Under the pieces are notes generated by a model. The model was not told the origin of the DNA. It did no database searches and saw only the letters and a program-made list of their open reading frames with translations. Shown piece after piece: positions 24,201-38,545 of a DNA stretch of 64,000 nt. Every line of letters begins with the position of its first letter. Within the stretch, counting starts at the first letter, position 1. This DNA comes from Ginglymostoma cirratum (Eukaryota), in contig JAHRHZ010000107.1 in the NCBI GenBank assembly GCA_024137785.1, forward strand, positions 186,001 to 250,000, given 5' to 3'. A program made the position numbers and the translations under genes.

Positions 24201-27200
24201 AGGTGTCCTGTGATGATAGTCGACAGCGCTTCCTTATTGTCCCACTTTGAGTTCCTAGACCTGTTCCAAGTCCATCACTTTTGCCACGGCAACAGTTGTA
24301 CACGCTACAATGGTGGGTATACTCACTATGGCAATGGGATTGTGCACTGGTAACTGTTACCTTCACTGTTATTTACAGGTGCAGTTGCGGAAGGCAGATT
24401 AGTGAGGATGAGCACAAGTATGTTTTTCCTTCTTGTTGGCTCCCTCACCACCTGCTCTAAATCTGAACACTGTCTCGTGTTTCTGCCACTTAGTGCTCAA
24501 CATATGGCAGTATTAATTCATTCGCTGAGAACGTTGCCTTGCATATTTTTGACCTAATGCCACCAGACTTCATGAAGTTTCGAGTCAATGTAGTGGTGTA
24601 CTAAGTCAACTCCCTGCGACCTGACCTTCCACTGTCACTAACTTTGCTGGGTATGTCCTATCAATGGGACGTGAATTACTTAGAGATGGTGACTGAGGCA
24701 TTTGGGACATTGATTCTGTGCATATGACAATGTTCAATCATATTGACTGGAGTTCCGAGGAAGGGTCAATGGTCCTGATACGTTAACTTAGAATTTTCTT
24801 CACAGATGCTGCCAAAACTTATGAGCATTTCCAGTGACTTCTGTTTTCGTTTCTTTTTGACTCGTCTGTGAGACAGTTTCACCAACTCAGTCGTTAAATC
24901 CCAGATAAAAGGGATTATGACATGTTGGTTCGACCGGGCTGGGCTTGCTGTTTCCGTTTCTTGGGCCTTCGTGCCATTTTTCTGATTTGAATTGACAACT
25001 TTATGAAGTCGATAAAACTGAATGGTTTGTGAGACAGTTTCAAAGCGCATTTAAAAGTCAATCACATGTCTCAGGGCAATCAGAGACCTCAACACCGAGC
25101 ACTGTATTTTCCAGTGTGCTACCCCTCCCAATCCCTACTATAACAAAGGAAAGTTTCTTGCCTTCCATCTTAATGTTCCTTATTTCTGCTTCAAATTTAC
25201 AGACCGTCAACGTTAGTAGAGGGGAAAGACAGCTTATAGTAATTAAAGTAATGTTTGTGCTTGCTTCAAGCAAAATATACCAATGATGAACGATAACTAC
25301 TGAGGGAACTCCCAACTAAAAGGGTCGGAAAGCCAAGAGATGGCTTTAAATAACTTAAAGTGCGATTAAAGTCAAGCTGTTTGTGTTGGAAACAAACTTT
25401 TTCTTTTTCACACGAATACAGGATCCACTGAACATAAATATCGAATACATTTGGGTTTAAGTTGTTCTGTTCAATGCTGTTGTACAATGATTTCGTTTCA
25501 GAACGAATGGATTCATTGAAGAGTTCCCTCAATCATAGAGAATGGTGCACGCCATTGAAATAGCATGTTAATCACGTCGTGAAAATGTTCATTTAAAATT
25601 CCATGGAATGCGATGAAAATTAGGTTATGATCGAATTACTTGAAGTCAAGGAGAGCTTGCCTGAAAACATCTTGCATTTTTTGTCAAGAATTAATGGTTT
25701 TGAATTCTCCTGTATGCTTTTTGGCTATTCAGCGTTACTATAATCAGCCTTTTCCTATTTCTGATTGGCTTCTCTTTCTACAATTGCTTCTATAGAGGGT
25801 CAAGACGTTTAATTCTGGCTCGTGTTTAAAACTGGTATGGGAACCTGCGACAATGAAGACCTTAGAGCAGTGGCACGATTATCAGCCATTGCACCGTGTA
25901 TCTCAATATAGTCACAATTAAACAATGGAAATGGCTTGCTTAACTTTTGCTATTAACTTGCATATTAAATCTTCCTTCGTTTAGTTTTCGTGTTAAGTCG
26001 AATTCTACATAAATGCAAAAAAAAAACAAAGAACTGGGGAAATTACAAAGATTAAATCCAAACAGATTGGAAATGACTGTTCATATGATTAGGTCGGATA
26101 TTCGAAGAGAGACAGAGTTTCTGGTCCTGGCCTTCATTAATGATCAAGATAGTTGCGAAAAGTAATGTCAAAAAACCACCTACCACTTCTTGAACTCAGA
26201 GATACAATATCCCAGAATGTAAAACTCCCTCGTCATCTTGAATTCCTTAACAACGCAGTATCCAGATACTCCCTATGGAGCAATAGAGCTTAGAATTAAT
26301 TCAAAGATTACATAGCAGAACAGTCCAAAGCAACATTTATAGCTGGAAGTAAATATTCCTTTGGTCATTAGTTTGCATCACCAAAGAATCCATCGACATG
26401 GTATTCTGTGGAGAGAAGAGATGGTCTGAGCTAATTATTGGTGACAATTACATCAGGGAACATAACAGGGAGCCTTCAAGAAAGCCTTCACATCTAAAGA
26501 TAAACATTGGCAAGAAAGGCAACTTTATGTTGTAGCATCCACTTTGAATCAGTCTCAAGATCTCGTATAACTGCAAAAAAACTAGATCGCTTTCGAAGAC
26601 GCAATACGACCAGATCTTCGTTGTCACTGAATGAAAATCCTGAATGGAGTGCAAGGCAATATTTTGAGTGGTTTCCTTAAATGAGCAGCCGCAAGCAATA
26701 TGAACGTTTGCTCATTTGATCGCCCTGTGCAATTGAAGTGCAGCCAACGATATATTTCATGTGCATTCTTGCTTTGAACATTACTATCCTTTTATTTTAT
26801 GATCAAAATTCTTTGACTGCCAACTGACTGTTAAACTTCGTGAACATAATGTGTTGGGCTGTAACAAAAATTTTTGGTGTTATATTTCTGTTTTCCACTG
26901 GTATCCTGTATTTTAATCTAACAAATATTTTAGAATATACCTTTTCCAATTTCCAGTTTCCCTCAACGATTACATTTATAAAATTCGTCCTGAATTGTCA
27001 TAACCTTTACAACAGACATGAATGAATTCATGTAGGGGAAAAATTCAATCAAACGAACAATGTTCAAAATCACTTTCATTTCGCGAAGTTTGGAGAGCTG
27101 TAAATTGATTTTATATTTCATTTCATTCTTGGGATATGCTTGAGACGGGTATGGTAATTCGTTATGCATAACCAATTGCCTTTGATTCGATTCTAGTGAG

Positions 27201-29619
27201 CCCATTATTTGAACTTCTGAAATCTATGTCGTGTAGCTGCTCATGTAAATATGTCAGGAAGGGGGGTTTCAAGATTTTCATTCAGTGTCAATGTAGGTGT
27301 GGCCGATAGAATTCCATGTCAATATGGTCAGTGACTTGCATGGGAACATATATGCAGCAGTGTTCCCTTGCTCATTCTTCCCATTTAGTTCGAGGTTACA
27401 CACTTCAAGAAGCTGAAATTAAAGCGCTTAAAGTTTCAAATCATAGTAAATGGAAACCCATAGACAGGGACTGCGTCAGCGTAGCAGAACTTCACAGGCA
27501 ACAAAATCGAGTCTTTAATTCCAAGGAATTTACGACAGAACTGAATGCTTAAAGCTAACTGAATTGAATTTAAGGCTTCATTTCACTGAATCTTCAATCC
27601 ACTCTTTATAGTAATTGCCAGATTTCGAAACTAAAACCCGAATGTATGGGTCATTCTGGCAACTATTTGAGTAATACAATTGACCAAAGATTTACATGGA
27701 CACGCCATTTAATGTAAAACCAAGGACTCCAGATGCTGCAAATCTGAAAGCCGGAGAAACTCAAAATACCTAGCAGCATCTGTGGAGAAAAAGCAGAGTT
27801 AATGTTGCGAGTCGAGAGAATCCTCTTCAGCCTTCATATTCTGGCTAAAAGAAGAGTCCATAGATGAGAAATTCATTGGTGGATGAGTGAGCACTGAGCT
27901 CCCCAAAGGCCAAGGAATGGGTATATACTGATCGTAGGAATAGTGATGATATAGTCCCAATAAAGAATTCAGAAAATAACGGTTGAAACAACTCTTTTCG
28001 GAAATCAATTCAAAATATTCATGCAATAGTGTAATTTGGAAACTTCCAGAGGTACAAGCTTGAAATGATCAGAAGGATTAAGAGTGCAAAGACAATTTAG
28101 CATTTTTTTTGGTTCATACTTCGCAGTTTTTCCATGGTCCTTTGAGGCATGCATTTCACTGCCAATTTTCAGCATGCTACCGTTTTTAAATCATACCTTT
28201 CAAGTATCTTTGCTTTTAGTCCCCCAGACGTCCTGTTTGTGCAGCGTTATTTTAAAACAAAAACTACCATCAATAAAATAAATTGAACTTCAGTATGTAA
28301 TGTTCAACAACTTATGTTTAAAATTGCATTTTTAAAATTCACCAAACTGGAAACTGATTGAAGGTACTCCCACCTGAGCATAGTAACTTCGTTGGGTTCT
28401 CTTTTAGGAAGCGAACTTTACTTCCTACAATATCTGGAATGTCTCCAAGGAAAAGTGCTTCTGCGCTATATTTCTGGAAGCACTATCTCATTAAATATGA
28501 GTAGGTTCTCATGACACCTAAAAGTGAAATTACATGAACGCTGAACAATTTGTCTTGGTCAGTGTCAAACGAATTGCTTGAAAACAAGTAATGACGTAAA
28601 ATTATGTCAAAATAGTTTGAAATTCAAACGAAGAAGTCATGAAGTAAGTGGTAAAATGTGCTTACAATGCTATTTGTCAGAATCAGAACACGCTGCATTT
28701 TACACGGTTTCAATAAAGTACCTCTGTCTTTTCACATGGACTGAGAAAACGGCCAGGAAATTCCAAAGGCATAATGCATTCGTTATTTTTGAGGGTTTAA
28801 TGCTTGCTTTCAAATGAAATAAATTTTGGAGTCTTAAGCGTTTTCCTCAGAAAGCAAAACTAATCAATTACTGGTCTATCAAAATTAACGAAAGTCAATT
28901 GAGTCGATATCTAGCAGAAAGGGTGATATGTTGTGGTGTCACCAGAGTGCAGTTGGTGATTTGTCGTTGTTGATGCGTTGCAATTTGATTTCAGGAGCAG
29001 CATCGTGTGCCATCTTGTGCCTAATTCGAGTAATGTAGGCTCTGAGGAACTGAAGAAAGCTGCTCATCTTTGGTCTGTTCCTCCATGAACTCAGAGCTTG
29101 TTTAACTTGTGTCTTACATCAATTCAGCAATCTTGCCTTTATATGGTACAAACCTCCTTAAGCAAAGATTGAGCAAAACCATTTGTTACCATTCCCATAA
29201 CCTACTAACTTTTGAAAGAGCTATCATCTGATTTCAATTTTCCTCTTCGTGACAATACCTTGACTCCTGAATGTGCTAGGCGTAGTCCTAGGATCACAGC
29301 AGCAAGACAAGTTTCAGAACATCTATTTTGAAATTGTTACCATTCTTTCGTTTTGTTTAAATAGCTCCTCCTCCTTCCATGCGTCACTGAGCACACCCTT
29401 TGTTTCTGGATCCTGGTTCTCGTAATGTAACCCTAAGCACAGAAATAATTTTTCCTTAAAATTTTAAGATGCACCTCCAACAGCGAAGTATGGTTGAATA
29501 GTGACCAGAAATAATGAAATTATGGTGGAATATTCCAGGCAAAATTCTCCACAGCAAACAATCACTTGTTCTGTATTCCAGTCCTCTTGACTCATTGCTC
29601 TGTCTGTCTGCCATTTATT

Positions 29620-29885
29620 ATAGAATCCCAACATTGTGGAAACAGAGCCTTTGCCCCATTGAGTTCACACAGAACGTCCGAAGAGCATCCCACCCGATCC
29701 ATGTCCTATCGTATCTCTGCACCTCTGCACTCCCCATGGCTAATCCATCTGCACATTCTTAGATTGTGGGAGGAAACAAGAAAGCCCAGAGGTGACAGGA
29801 GAATGTGCAAACTCCACACAGACAGTCGCCGAGGTTTCAGATGCTGCGAGGCAGCTGCGCCAACCTCTGACGCATCATGCTACCC
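29620..29885 (-). mobile_element. HE1-like SINE
   Basis: atagaatccc..gtggaaacag..ggagaatgtgcaaactccacacagacagtcgcc, as at 14825-15137. Confidence 0.75.
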
Positions 29886-31289
29886 TACCTTTTGATTGTC
29901 AAACAAGGTAGCCTCCTTCTCTTTGTCATTTGACTCTGTCTGTCATTGCTTTTACCTATTGCCTCAATCTGTCCCTGTTCATTTATCTCACTCAGTGATG
30001 CATAACACGCCGTGCCTCCTAACTGGTTCACGCATTACTTAATTACAAAAATATGAGTACAGTACAGGATTCTTTACGCAATCAGGTCACGTGACTTCAC
30101 AACAGTATTTTTAACAGAAAACTTGCCGATTCTGCGTGCAGATCTCACTTTTTCCAATCACAGTCGTAATCAAAAGTACATATCTAGGTCAGTTATTCTG
30201 CATTTCGTGGCTTCTGAAACCGTCGCAAACTCTGTCCCTAATCCTCTCCTCCTATCTACTCATTTCTATCTCTCTTTGTAGTTTTTGTCTTCATCATTCC
30301 TCAGATTCATAAAGACAGAAAATGCTTGATCAAAAGGCTTGGGAAACGTGAATTAGGTTTAACATTAAGACTACACAATTCCTTCTTGCTCCCTGACGAT
30401 GAACATTTAACTGATATAAGTGCACAAAACCGTTGAAAAATCACGGTATTGCATTGTTTCCGTCTCCCCAGAAAAGGTGCAACGATTTTTCAGTGACAAT
30501 TCATTAAATGTCATGTAAAGGGCTAACCACCCTGATGTTTCTTTTCTACCAAAGAGATGTATGTCACCACTCTGTACAAGCTACTCCTAAACGACAGGAT
30601 TTGAGACAAGTACAATCTGCAAGTTAATGTATCATTTGTACGTGCATTAGCTTCTGGGCTATTTCCCTTTGGTAAACAGCCAGGTCACCAGGAATTTGTT
30701 TACACAGCGTCTGGCTTTTCCTTCATTGCTTCTGTAATTTTAGACAAGATTAAACAAACCATTGCTGATCATATCTCAAATCACCCAGCCCAGCTCCAGG
30801 TGAGCTTTTGGATACATGTAGATTTTTTTGCTCTGTTACCTTGAGGACTGATTATACAACCTCGACAGAAAGCCAAAGGTTGAACTTCGTATATAACTGC
30901 TATCCATTATCGAAAAGATGTACTACATACAGCATGTCAAAACCCAAAAGCTTTTGAAATGGATTCCTCTTGTGATCGTGTAATTTGATCACATGAACAT
31001 TTTATTCAGCCATGTGATATATTAACTAATAAAGAAACAAACTGAGATCATAAACCATGTAAGGGGCCAAAATGAAAGCAGCAAATTCAAGATCTGGCAA
31101 ACCAAACGTCTGACATGCAATTGGTTCGTCCTTGGGAACAGTTGTATGCTGGCGTTTACCACCAATCATCCCAAATCCCTGCCCCAAAAGTGATCTAACC
31201 AATTATCCATGTCATGGATAGCAATCATAAAGGAGAAGTTCTGTGAAGTTTTCTATTATTTTCCTTTTCCATTATGTCTAGAAACCTCT

Positions 31290-31730
31290 CTGATTCCTGG
31301 AATGTCAGGGATGACTTATGAAGGAAGACTGGATCGCTTCAAAATATGTTCACTGGAGTTTATATGAAGGGTGATCTCATAGAAACCTGTTCAGTTCTGA
31401 CAGGAGTAGATAAGGTATATGTAGGAAGGATGTTGTCGATAACCAGGGTGCCTAGAGATTAGGGATACGGGGTAGGACATTGAGAACTGAGAAGGAAAGA
31501 ATTATTTTCCGCAGGACATGATGATTCTTCTTCCAAAAAATTTTGAGGTTAAACATTGAGTGCGTTCAGCAAGGGATTCGATATCGTTCTTCGGACTAAA
31601 GGGGTCAAAGATTGTAGAGTGAAAGCAGAAAGCTGGTACAGAGTTGGAATACCAGCCATGACCATATTGAATGGTCGAACAGGTTTGAAAGGCCCAATGA
31701 CCTGCCCCTAAACTCCTATTTTCAACGTTT
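31290..31730 (+). mobile_element. CR1 3' fragment
   Basis: tatgaaggaagactggat..gggtgatctcatagaaacct..cagccatga..attgaatgg..ctcctatt. Confidence 0.7.
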
Positions 31731-33488
31731 TGATGAAAACAGGTAATAGCTAATCAAAGGAAATGAATGCTTCGGTTTTGTTAAAAATGCAAACATCGGA
31801 ATCACAAAGGAATGACATTGAAATCCTCCCATCATTACCACGAGAATAGTTCAAATACCAGAATTAATGCGGCTCCATGAAACATTTTTTATCGTTTTGG
31901 TTTAATTTAAAGCATATTTAAAAGAAGAAATTGAAAAGTGGGTTAATTTTGATGTTGTCAATCAAATCGTACCGGAAGACTTTCCTCCCTGCAATAATTC
32001 TTTCGATTCCATCCAGAAGGAATTACACTCACATATTTTTCTGAGATTTCTACTTGCACAGTGAAATCATGGCAGTTTAAAAGGTACAAAGTGCCTTCGA
32101 GAAATTCATATATTCATTAGGACACGAAATTATGTCTCAATTATCAATGTGATTGAAATTGGAATCAGCTCTCAACTGCTATAAGGTTATGAGACAACAC
32201 AAAGTAATGTTATGTATGTTCAATATAGAATTATACATACAGGATGAGGTCATGGCATGGTTTATGGATTTACTTGCTTCTCGAGATTGTGTGGCACTGA
32301 GTGATTCGTTGGTATTTATACAGAGCTACAATGAGAGAGGCGAATCAGATTTTCATTGTGAAATGGAGGCTGAGAAAACCTTGTCGTCAGGTTGGCACAT
32401 ATGTAAGGCATTACAAAGAGAAGTGGCCAGTGAGTTTAACGTAGTATTGGTACAGCGTGCTGAGAGAAGGCAGAACATTTAATTTAGTGAGGACACTAGA
32501 CCATGATCTGACGACTGAGCAATTTCGTTCACAGGCACTTTTACAGTCGATAGAGAGTAAGGGAATTGCGGGACTATTTTAGAATCGTGAGAATGTATGA
32601 TGAGGCAGTAGGCAGTGAGGGTATTTTCAGAGCGAATAACAGGTCAGGCAGAGAGTGTTGAGCTCAGCTATTGTTGGTTAGGACACCAGGTAGAGTGGGG
32701 TGTAAAATAGAGTTAATTGTAATTATTTGCTTCATCAAAGACATTCCTTCCATCAGAATGTCAGAAATTGCAATGATTGTTTCTTACTGTACGAATTTTA
32801 GCACAATCTGACACTCCTCAGATTCTGAAACAGTCCACAGGAAAACAGAGAAAGACTTTGACAACATTCAGGCTTTGCACCTCAGTGGCAAGAAGGACGC
32901 CAAACAAATTTGAAGCAAGAACTCAACTCTATCAATAGAAAATCTCAACATTGTCTCTTGACGTTTAATGTAATTACCTTCGAGAAATTGCCGTTTCCAA
33001 AATCTTTGGTGGCTACGAATTACCAGAAATTGCCTGCAACAACCATATAAACACTGTAGCTGCACGAACACGTCCAAAAGTGGCAATTTTGCATCGCATA
33101 ATTCACCTCCTGTTTCCAGAATATTTTTCCCACAACTATAAATCAGAAGTCCTGTGTGTGATGGAGGTTTTCCATTGGCTTAGATGAGTACACTTTAATC
33201 AACACAAAAGAAGTTTACACCAGCCAAGACAAAGCAGTCCATTGTATTGAAGCCCAATCAACCACCTTCACTCTCGTCACAGACAGCGAGAATTGCAACA
33301 GGGATGTGTGACTGGTTTCAAACTTTTAGAGGGTTAAAGGGTGGGCAGAGTCAGAATAAAATGGATACAGATTTTTATTTGCAAAACGTCATATTATCGG
33401 GAAGTTCGGGTACCGTTCTGTTTTCGTACGTGGCGACACTAATACATATTTTCCTCTGTCACTTCCCTGTTTTTCTTCCAAGACTTGT

Positions 33489-33502
33489 GTTACCATAGCA
33501 AC
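33489..33502. promoter_or_regulatory. RFX X-box consensus motif
   Basis: GTTACCATAGCAAC matches GTNRCC-N2-RGYAAC; function unproven. Confidence 0.35.
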
Positions 33503-36500
33503 TGTTCACCGCAGTAATCAGTGACAGGCTGCTTTCCTGCACAGACTCGCTAGCTTGTTGAAAACTCTCAGTGCCAAAAGGAAATGGCCCATCGTAGTCT
33601 GCAAGCCGTTGACATTTAACGCTTATAATCAACTTGGAGTAGTGGGGTCATTCTAAACTTAACCACAGATTGTTGTGATGTTTGTGCGGAATATTCTTAT
33701 CGAGTTCTGCAAGCTGCTGTATGTTTGCACGTTGTATCCCGCATTTTGACATTTCCTTTCGTAAATCATTCTGTTAGATTGACTTAGCTTGGGTTGAGAA
33801 ATGCGCTGAAAAAATGGATGCATACTAGTTGTGTTTAAAAACACTTTCGGCCCAAAAGCGTCGTCCTTGATTTCCCTGTCTTCCAACGTGTTGCTCATCA
33901 TACCACGAAGCATATTTTATAGATACTTCAATTCCCTTCTCGAAATATTTGGACACACTTTTAGGGCAGTAGAGACTTGAGCCTAGAGCGGTTGTCCATC
34001 CTTTATATGATATTACAGCGAAGACACAAAGTTTGAATGGTCTGTCATTTGATTTTACTCATAATATTTGAATCGTTTTCCAGCCAGTGCCTCAAAATAA
34101 TTTTGTGCTTTCCTTTCTTAGAAATCACCATGATCTTTTCTTATTCAGATATGATTATTTTCTTTCAAGTTCTCAGAACAGTGCAACAGTAGTAGAAATG
34201 AGAATATTTTTATGTTCCTATCAATAGAGAAATCAAACAGACCAGACCAGATATTTTGGAAACACCTGCTTATTTCCATAACTCCATATAATTATTGATC
34301 ATCTGCCTCTATTTCATTGACTATCGTGCATCCCAGAGGTAATTCATCCATGGTGATTCCAAATTCAGTTTCAAATGAAAGTAAACATTGCACAAACCAC
34401 ATGTCCAGCTACGAAGTGAAACACTGGAAGAGGAAACCAATCTATATTTTAAGCCTACACTGCCGCAGAGATATATTGTAGTTGTTGCAAACACTATCTG
34501 CTTGTTCTGGAACGGTAAGTGTTTGAACTGAATAGGTGTTGAATTGACCTCATTAAAATCAATGCACTTTGTCTTGAAATCTCCATTAAAACCACATGAT
34601 GGACAACTGAAATGAGTATCGCCCGTTTTGCAAATATGTTTACTCATTCCATTGTTACATTTGTTACCTCTAATTTTACAATTATGTTTGCCTGTAAAGA
34701 GCAAAGAACAATAGAAATATTCACTGAAAGTTCAATTTTGGCATTTGCACCGCTAGAACAAAACACTTCTTTCGGGTTTATATTCTTTTGAATACAAACC
34801 AAGGTTATGCAAATCGTTTTCACAAATTTAACTGTGAAGATATGGTGCAGAGTTATGAATCTGCACTTCACACTCTGCCATAGGACACCAAACAGAGTGT
34901 GAACAAGACACTCGTTAAGTGAAAGATAAGCATGTCGGAAGATCCGAAACAAAATTAAAATCATCGGTATTCTGATTCCATTTTGTATCTACTTCTACAG
35001 CCTCCTTGATTCAACATTGAGCTTCACAACTGCAGAGCATGAACAACGTCATTGATTTTGAAGATTTTTTTCCTCAGTGTTTCTTTTTCCTTTCCTCAGA
35101 AATTAAAAAAAGAAAGCTTTACTCAGAGTGATTCACATCATTTGGAACTTAAGTTCGCACTACCATTTCATCTACTCTGGACCAATATTTTGTCTTGCCT
35201 GCATAATTATCTTAACTCCTTTAATTTTTGTTGATCGTGCAATATGATCTGTGTTCAGCCTCGCCCTCTAATTTTTCCTGGAGTTTCCATCTTGTTCATC
35301 GAATTTTCCCTTTAGGAACTTCCCAGACTCCAAGACTCAATATTGAACTCCATAGATTCACAGAAGATAACATGATGTCTATTATCAATTTTGCTCGCAT
35401 TATCCCCCACCGTCCCACGCAGACGTTGGCGTTATGTATTTACTTTGCTTTTCTCTCAGCAGGGAGCACCCGTTTTCTTTGCTTGACATGTCAATGTGTG
35501 CCCATTTTAAATCTCTATTTCTCTTTAAACTGAATTGTCAACTCACTTGCTTTTGCGCCAGGCCTTCAGATTACTTGTTCGCTTCGCTCCTTCTCTGCCT
35601 AGTCAGAAACATGAAATAAAAATTCTATTCAATACATTTCACTTCTGGAGAACAGTCACGCTGCACTGGAAGTATTAGCTGTGTTTTTTTCTTCACAGAT
35701 GCTGCCCGATATATTGCGTTTATCCAGTAATCCCTGTGTTGTTTCATAATTCTGGATTATCAGTCTGTTACCCCTTTCAATACGTTTCATGACAAGTGGT
35801 AAGTGCGAGGGATTTTCCTGGTCAGGCATCCTGCAGCAAAGCAATGACAACTTACCGCAGCACTCCTTCCACTGTCCTGGATCAATCCATACAAGGAAGA
35901 CAAGAAACTGCCGACTTTATCAAGAAGTCTCATGCTAATTTCTAAAAACAATGACCGGAAGCAGCATGAAAAAAAAACCTTCTGATTTTCTAACAGAAGT
36001 TAGTATCTGCTGCAAGCACAATTTGAGGCTGTGGCAAAGAATGCAAATTTCAGTTTTATTTCATGGACAATTATACAAAGCCACAATATAGACATGCAAA
36101 AACAATATAAGGCTATGTGGAATTCACACTGCATCGTACGTAGGTACATAACAGCACAAGTAAAGCTTGAGGTTATCCATGACAAAGCCTTATGTTTGTC
36201 GAGAAGAGTCTATTGAATTCGAAACTATCACCTCGGAAACCTTTCAGATAACAGTTCACAAACTACAGGGAGAATGGTGAATATTCTCTGCCATTTCTTT
36301 GCAGCTACAGATATCGTCAATGTCAGGCAGCATCCCAGTGAGTATTGAGGTGTTGTAATATTGAGCGATCTTGCACAGAATATATTCAAATGCTCAACGG
36401 CAGATGGTTGAACAAAAGATCCTCTCGTATTCTAGTTTGTTATTGGAAGGTGGATAGGCGACAGATGTACATATCGTGTACTTACTAACAAACATCTAAA

Positions 36501-37309
36501 AACCAAATGACGCTTGGAAGTTACAATAACCATCTTTGGGTAGAAATTTGCTTTCGTTTGCAGATTATTCTGTGGACATGGAAAATATTCCAAATCCTCA
36601 GCAGTGTTTGAAAATCTCATTGTGATGTCTGCATAAATATATATGCCTCGACTGTGTAACTGCACAAATATTTATTGGAAAATTGAGCGCAAGATCCCTG
36701 ACTAAAAGTGGCTCAACAAATAGTTAAATGGACAGATAGGTAGATAGACGGATGGACAGAGGATTGGACTATTTTCCCGTGACAGGTGTTAAACTGAGAG
36801 TAGCATAGCTGTTTGGTTTCTACTCACGACCGTTCGTAAATATGTGAACGTCATCTGGGAACACCCCAAAGTGCAGTAAATAATCTCAACCGAAAAGGCT
36901 CACAGATCAAATACTTCATCTCCTAAACAGCTTCGGCTACCACATCGTGTACCTATTTTATGTGCTTTAATTCAAGCCAAAATGTATACAAAACTATGGA
37001 TAAATCTTTGAAAAATGACACGTTGATGTACAAAATAAATGGAGCAGAAACACAAAAAGTGACTTTAAAAATATCATTTTTGCAGTTCATGCGAAATTGT
37101 GGAAAATATTCAGTCACTACCAGATTATGGGAATTTTCGCGCGCCAATTTGCATGGCAGTAAATTTGAAAGCTAGATAAATGTGCAGATATATGCGGAGA
37201 AGTCAGGAACCACTTTACAGTGACAGTCTCATTAATAGTTGAGTATCTAACTAAGGGATGGGTAAATGGATAGAGAGAAAGATAGGTCGGTGAATTGATA
37301 GATAGGTGG

Positions 37310-37367
37310 AAAGAAAGAAAGAAAGAAGGAAGGAAGGAAAGAAAGAAAGAAAGAAAAAAAAAGAAAG
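37310..37367 (+). repeat. (GAAA/GGAA)n microsatellite
   Basis: Direct inspection. Confidence 0.95.
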
Positions 37368-37609
37368 ATTGGTAAAATTCTACGAGTGCTAGTAATCCGA
37401 AACAAATACAGAAAATGCTGGAGAAGCGTAACAGGTTTGACTGAATTTAAGGAAAGAAACTATCGTATTATTTTGAGGTTGATATCACTCGTCGTCAGAA
37501 CCGTTTCTGAAGAAGAGGAGTTATATCTTAGTTAATGAAGAAAATCTCCTCTTAGTTTTCTGCCTTTTGCCTTTAACATTTTTATTGACTTCTCTATTAA
37601 TCGAAAAAA

Positions 37610-38545
37610 TACCTCCCTATCCATCCTTTATGTGTACCTTTTCATCTTCTGCAGCTCAATCATGATTTTCTCTCAATCTTCAATGCTCAAAGGAAAGGAA
37701 CTGCAGTATATCCAATATTTCTCCCAGCTCATATCTATCAACTCAGTGTGCAACCTACTTCATCTCCTTTACACCTTCGCCAGTGCACTCACACCGTTCC
37801 CATGATTTAGTGACCAGAACTGGACACAGATCGTGAAGAGTGACTTGATCAGCAATTTATACATTTCCATAATAATGTCACGGCCTGTGTAATCTATTCT
37901 TTGGCCAACAGAGACAAATATTCCATCTTACTCATTAACTACAATTTCTACCTGACTCCTATCTTCAGGTATCAATTTCTATGCACAATCAGGTATGCCC
38001 GATTTTTCCACATTTTGTATTATGTTGACATTCATATCTTGCATGGTTTGCCCATCTACTCGTGTTGGAATTCTATTTACTATTGATGTGCATATTTGTA
38101 GAGTTTATCAATATCTTTATGACCGTTTACCACCACGCCAAACTTCATGACATTGTGACCTTCTTAATCATATTCCCTACATGTAAGACAAATCATAAAT
38201 GTACAGTACTTAATCACAGACACCAACATTGAGTCCTGTGAAATCTCACTGGAAACAGACGTCTAGTCACAGAAGGATTCATCTTCCATCAAACTCTATC
38301 CCTTCTGTCAGCGTTATTTGAACGCAACGTGCCACTTCACCTTGTCCCCACGGGCTCTTACTGTTTTGCCCTATCCGCCATCAGGAAACTCACCAAAAGC
38401 CTTGCTAACGTCGTCAAATCCTTCGCCAATAAGCCAATTACTTTTTTTTTAAAAAAATCTCATTTGTGAACGTTTCTTTAACAAATCCATGCTGACATTC
38501 CCTGATCCATCAGTGACGTTTCAAGTGTAGATGTACTCCATCACT
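37610..38545 (-). mobile_element. Old CR1 fragment
   Basis: gaccagaactggacacag, ccaacattgagtcctgtg, caaaagccttgctaacgtc and aaatccatgctgac parallel motifs in the 6690-8900 element. Confidence 0.6.
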
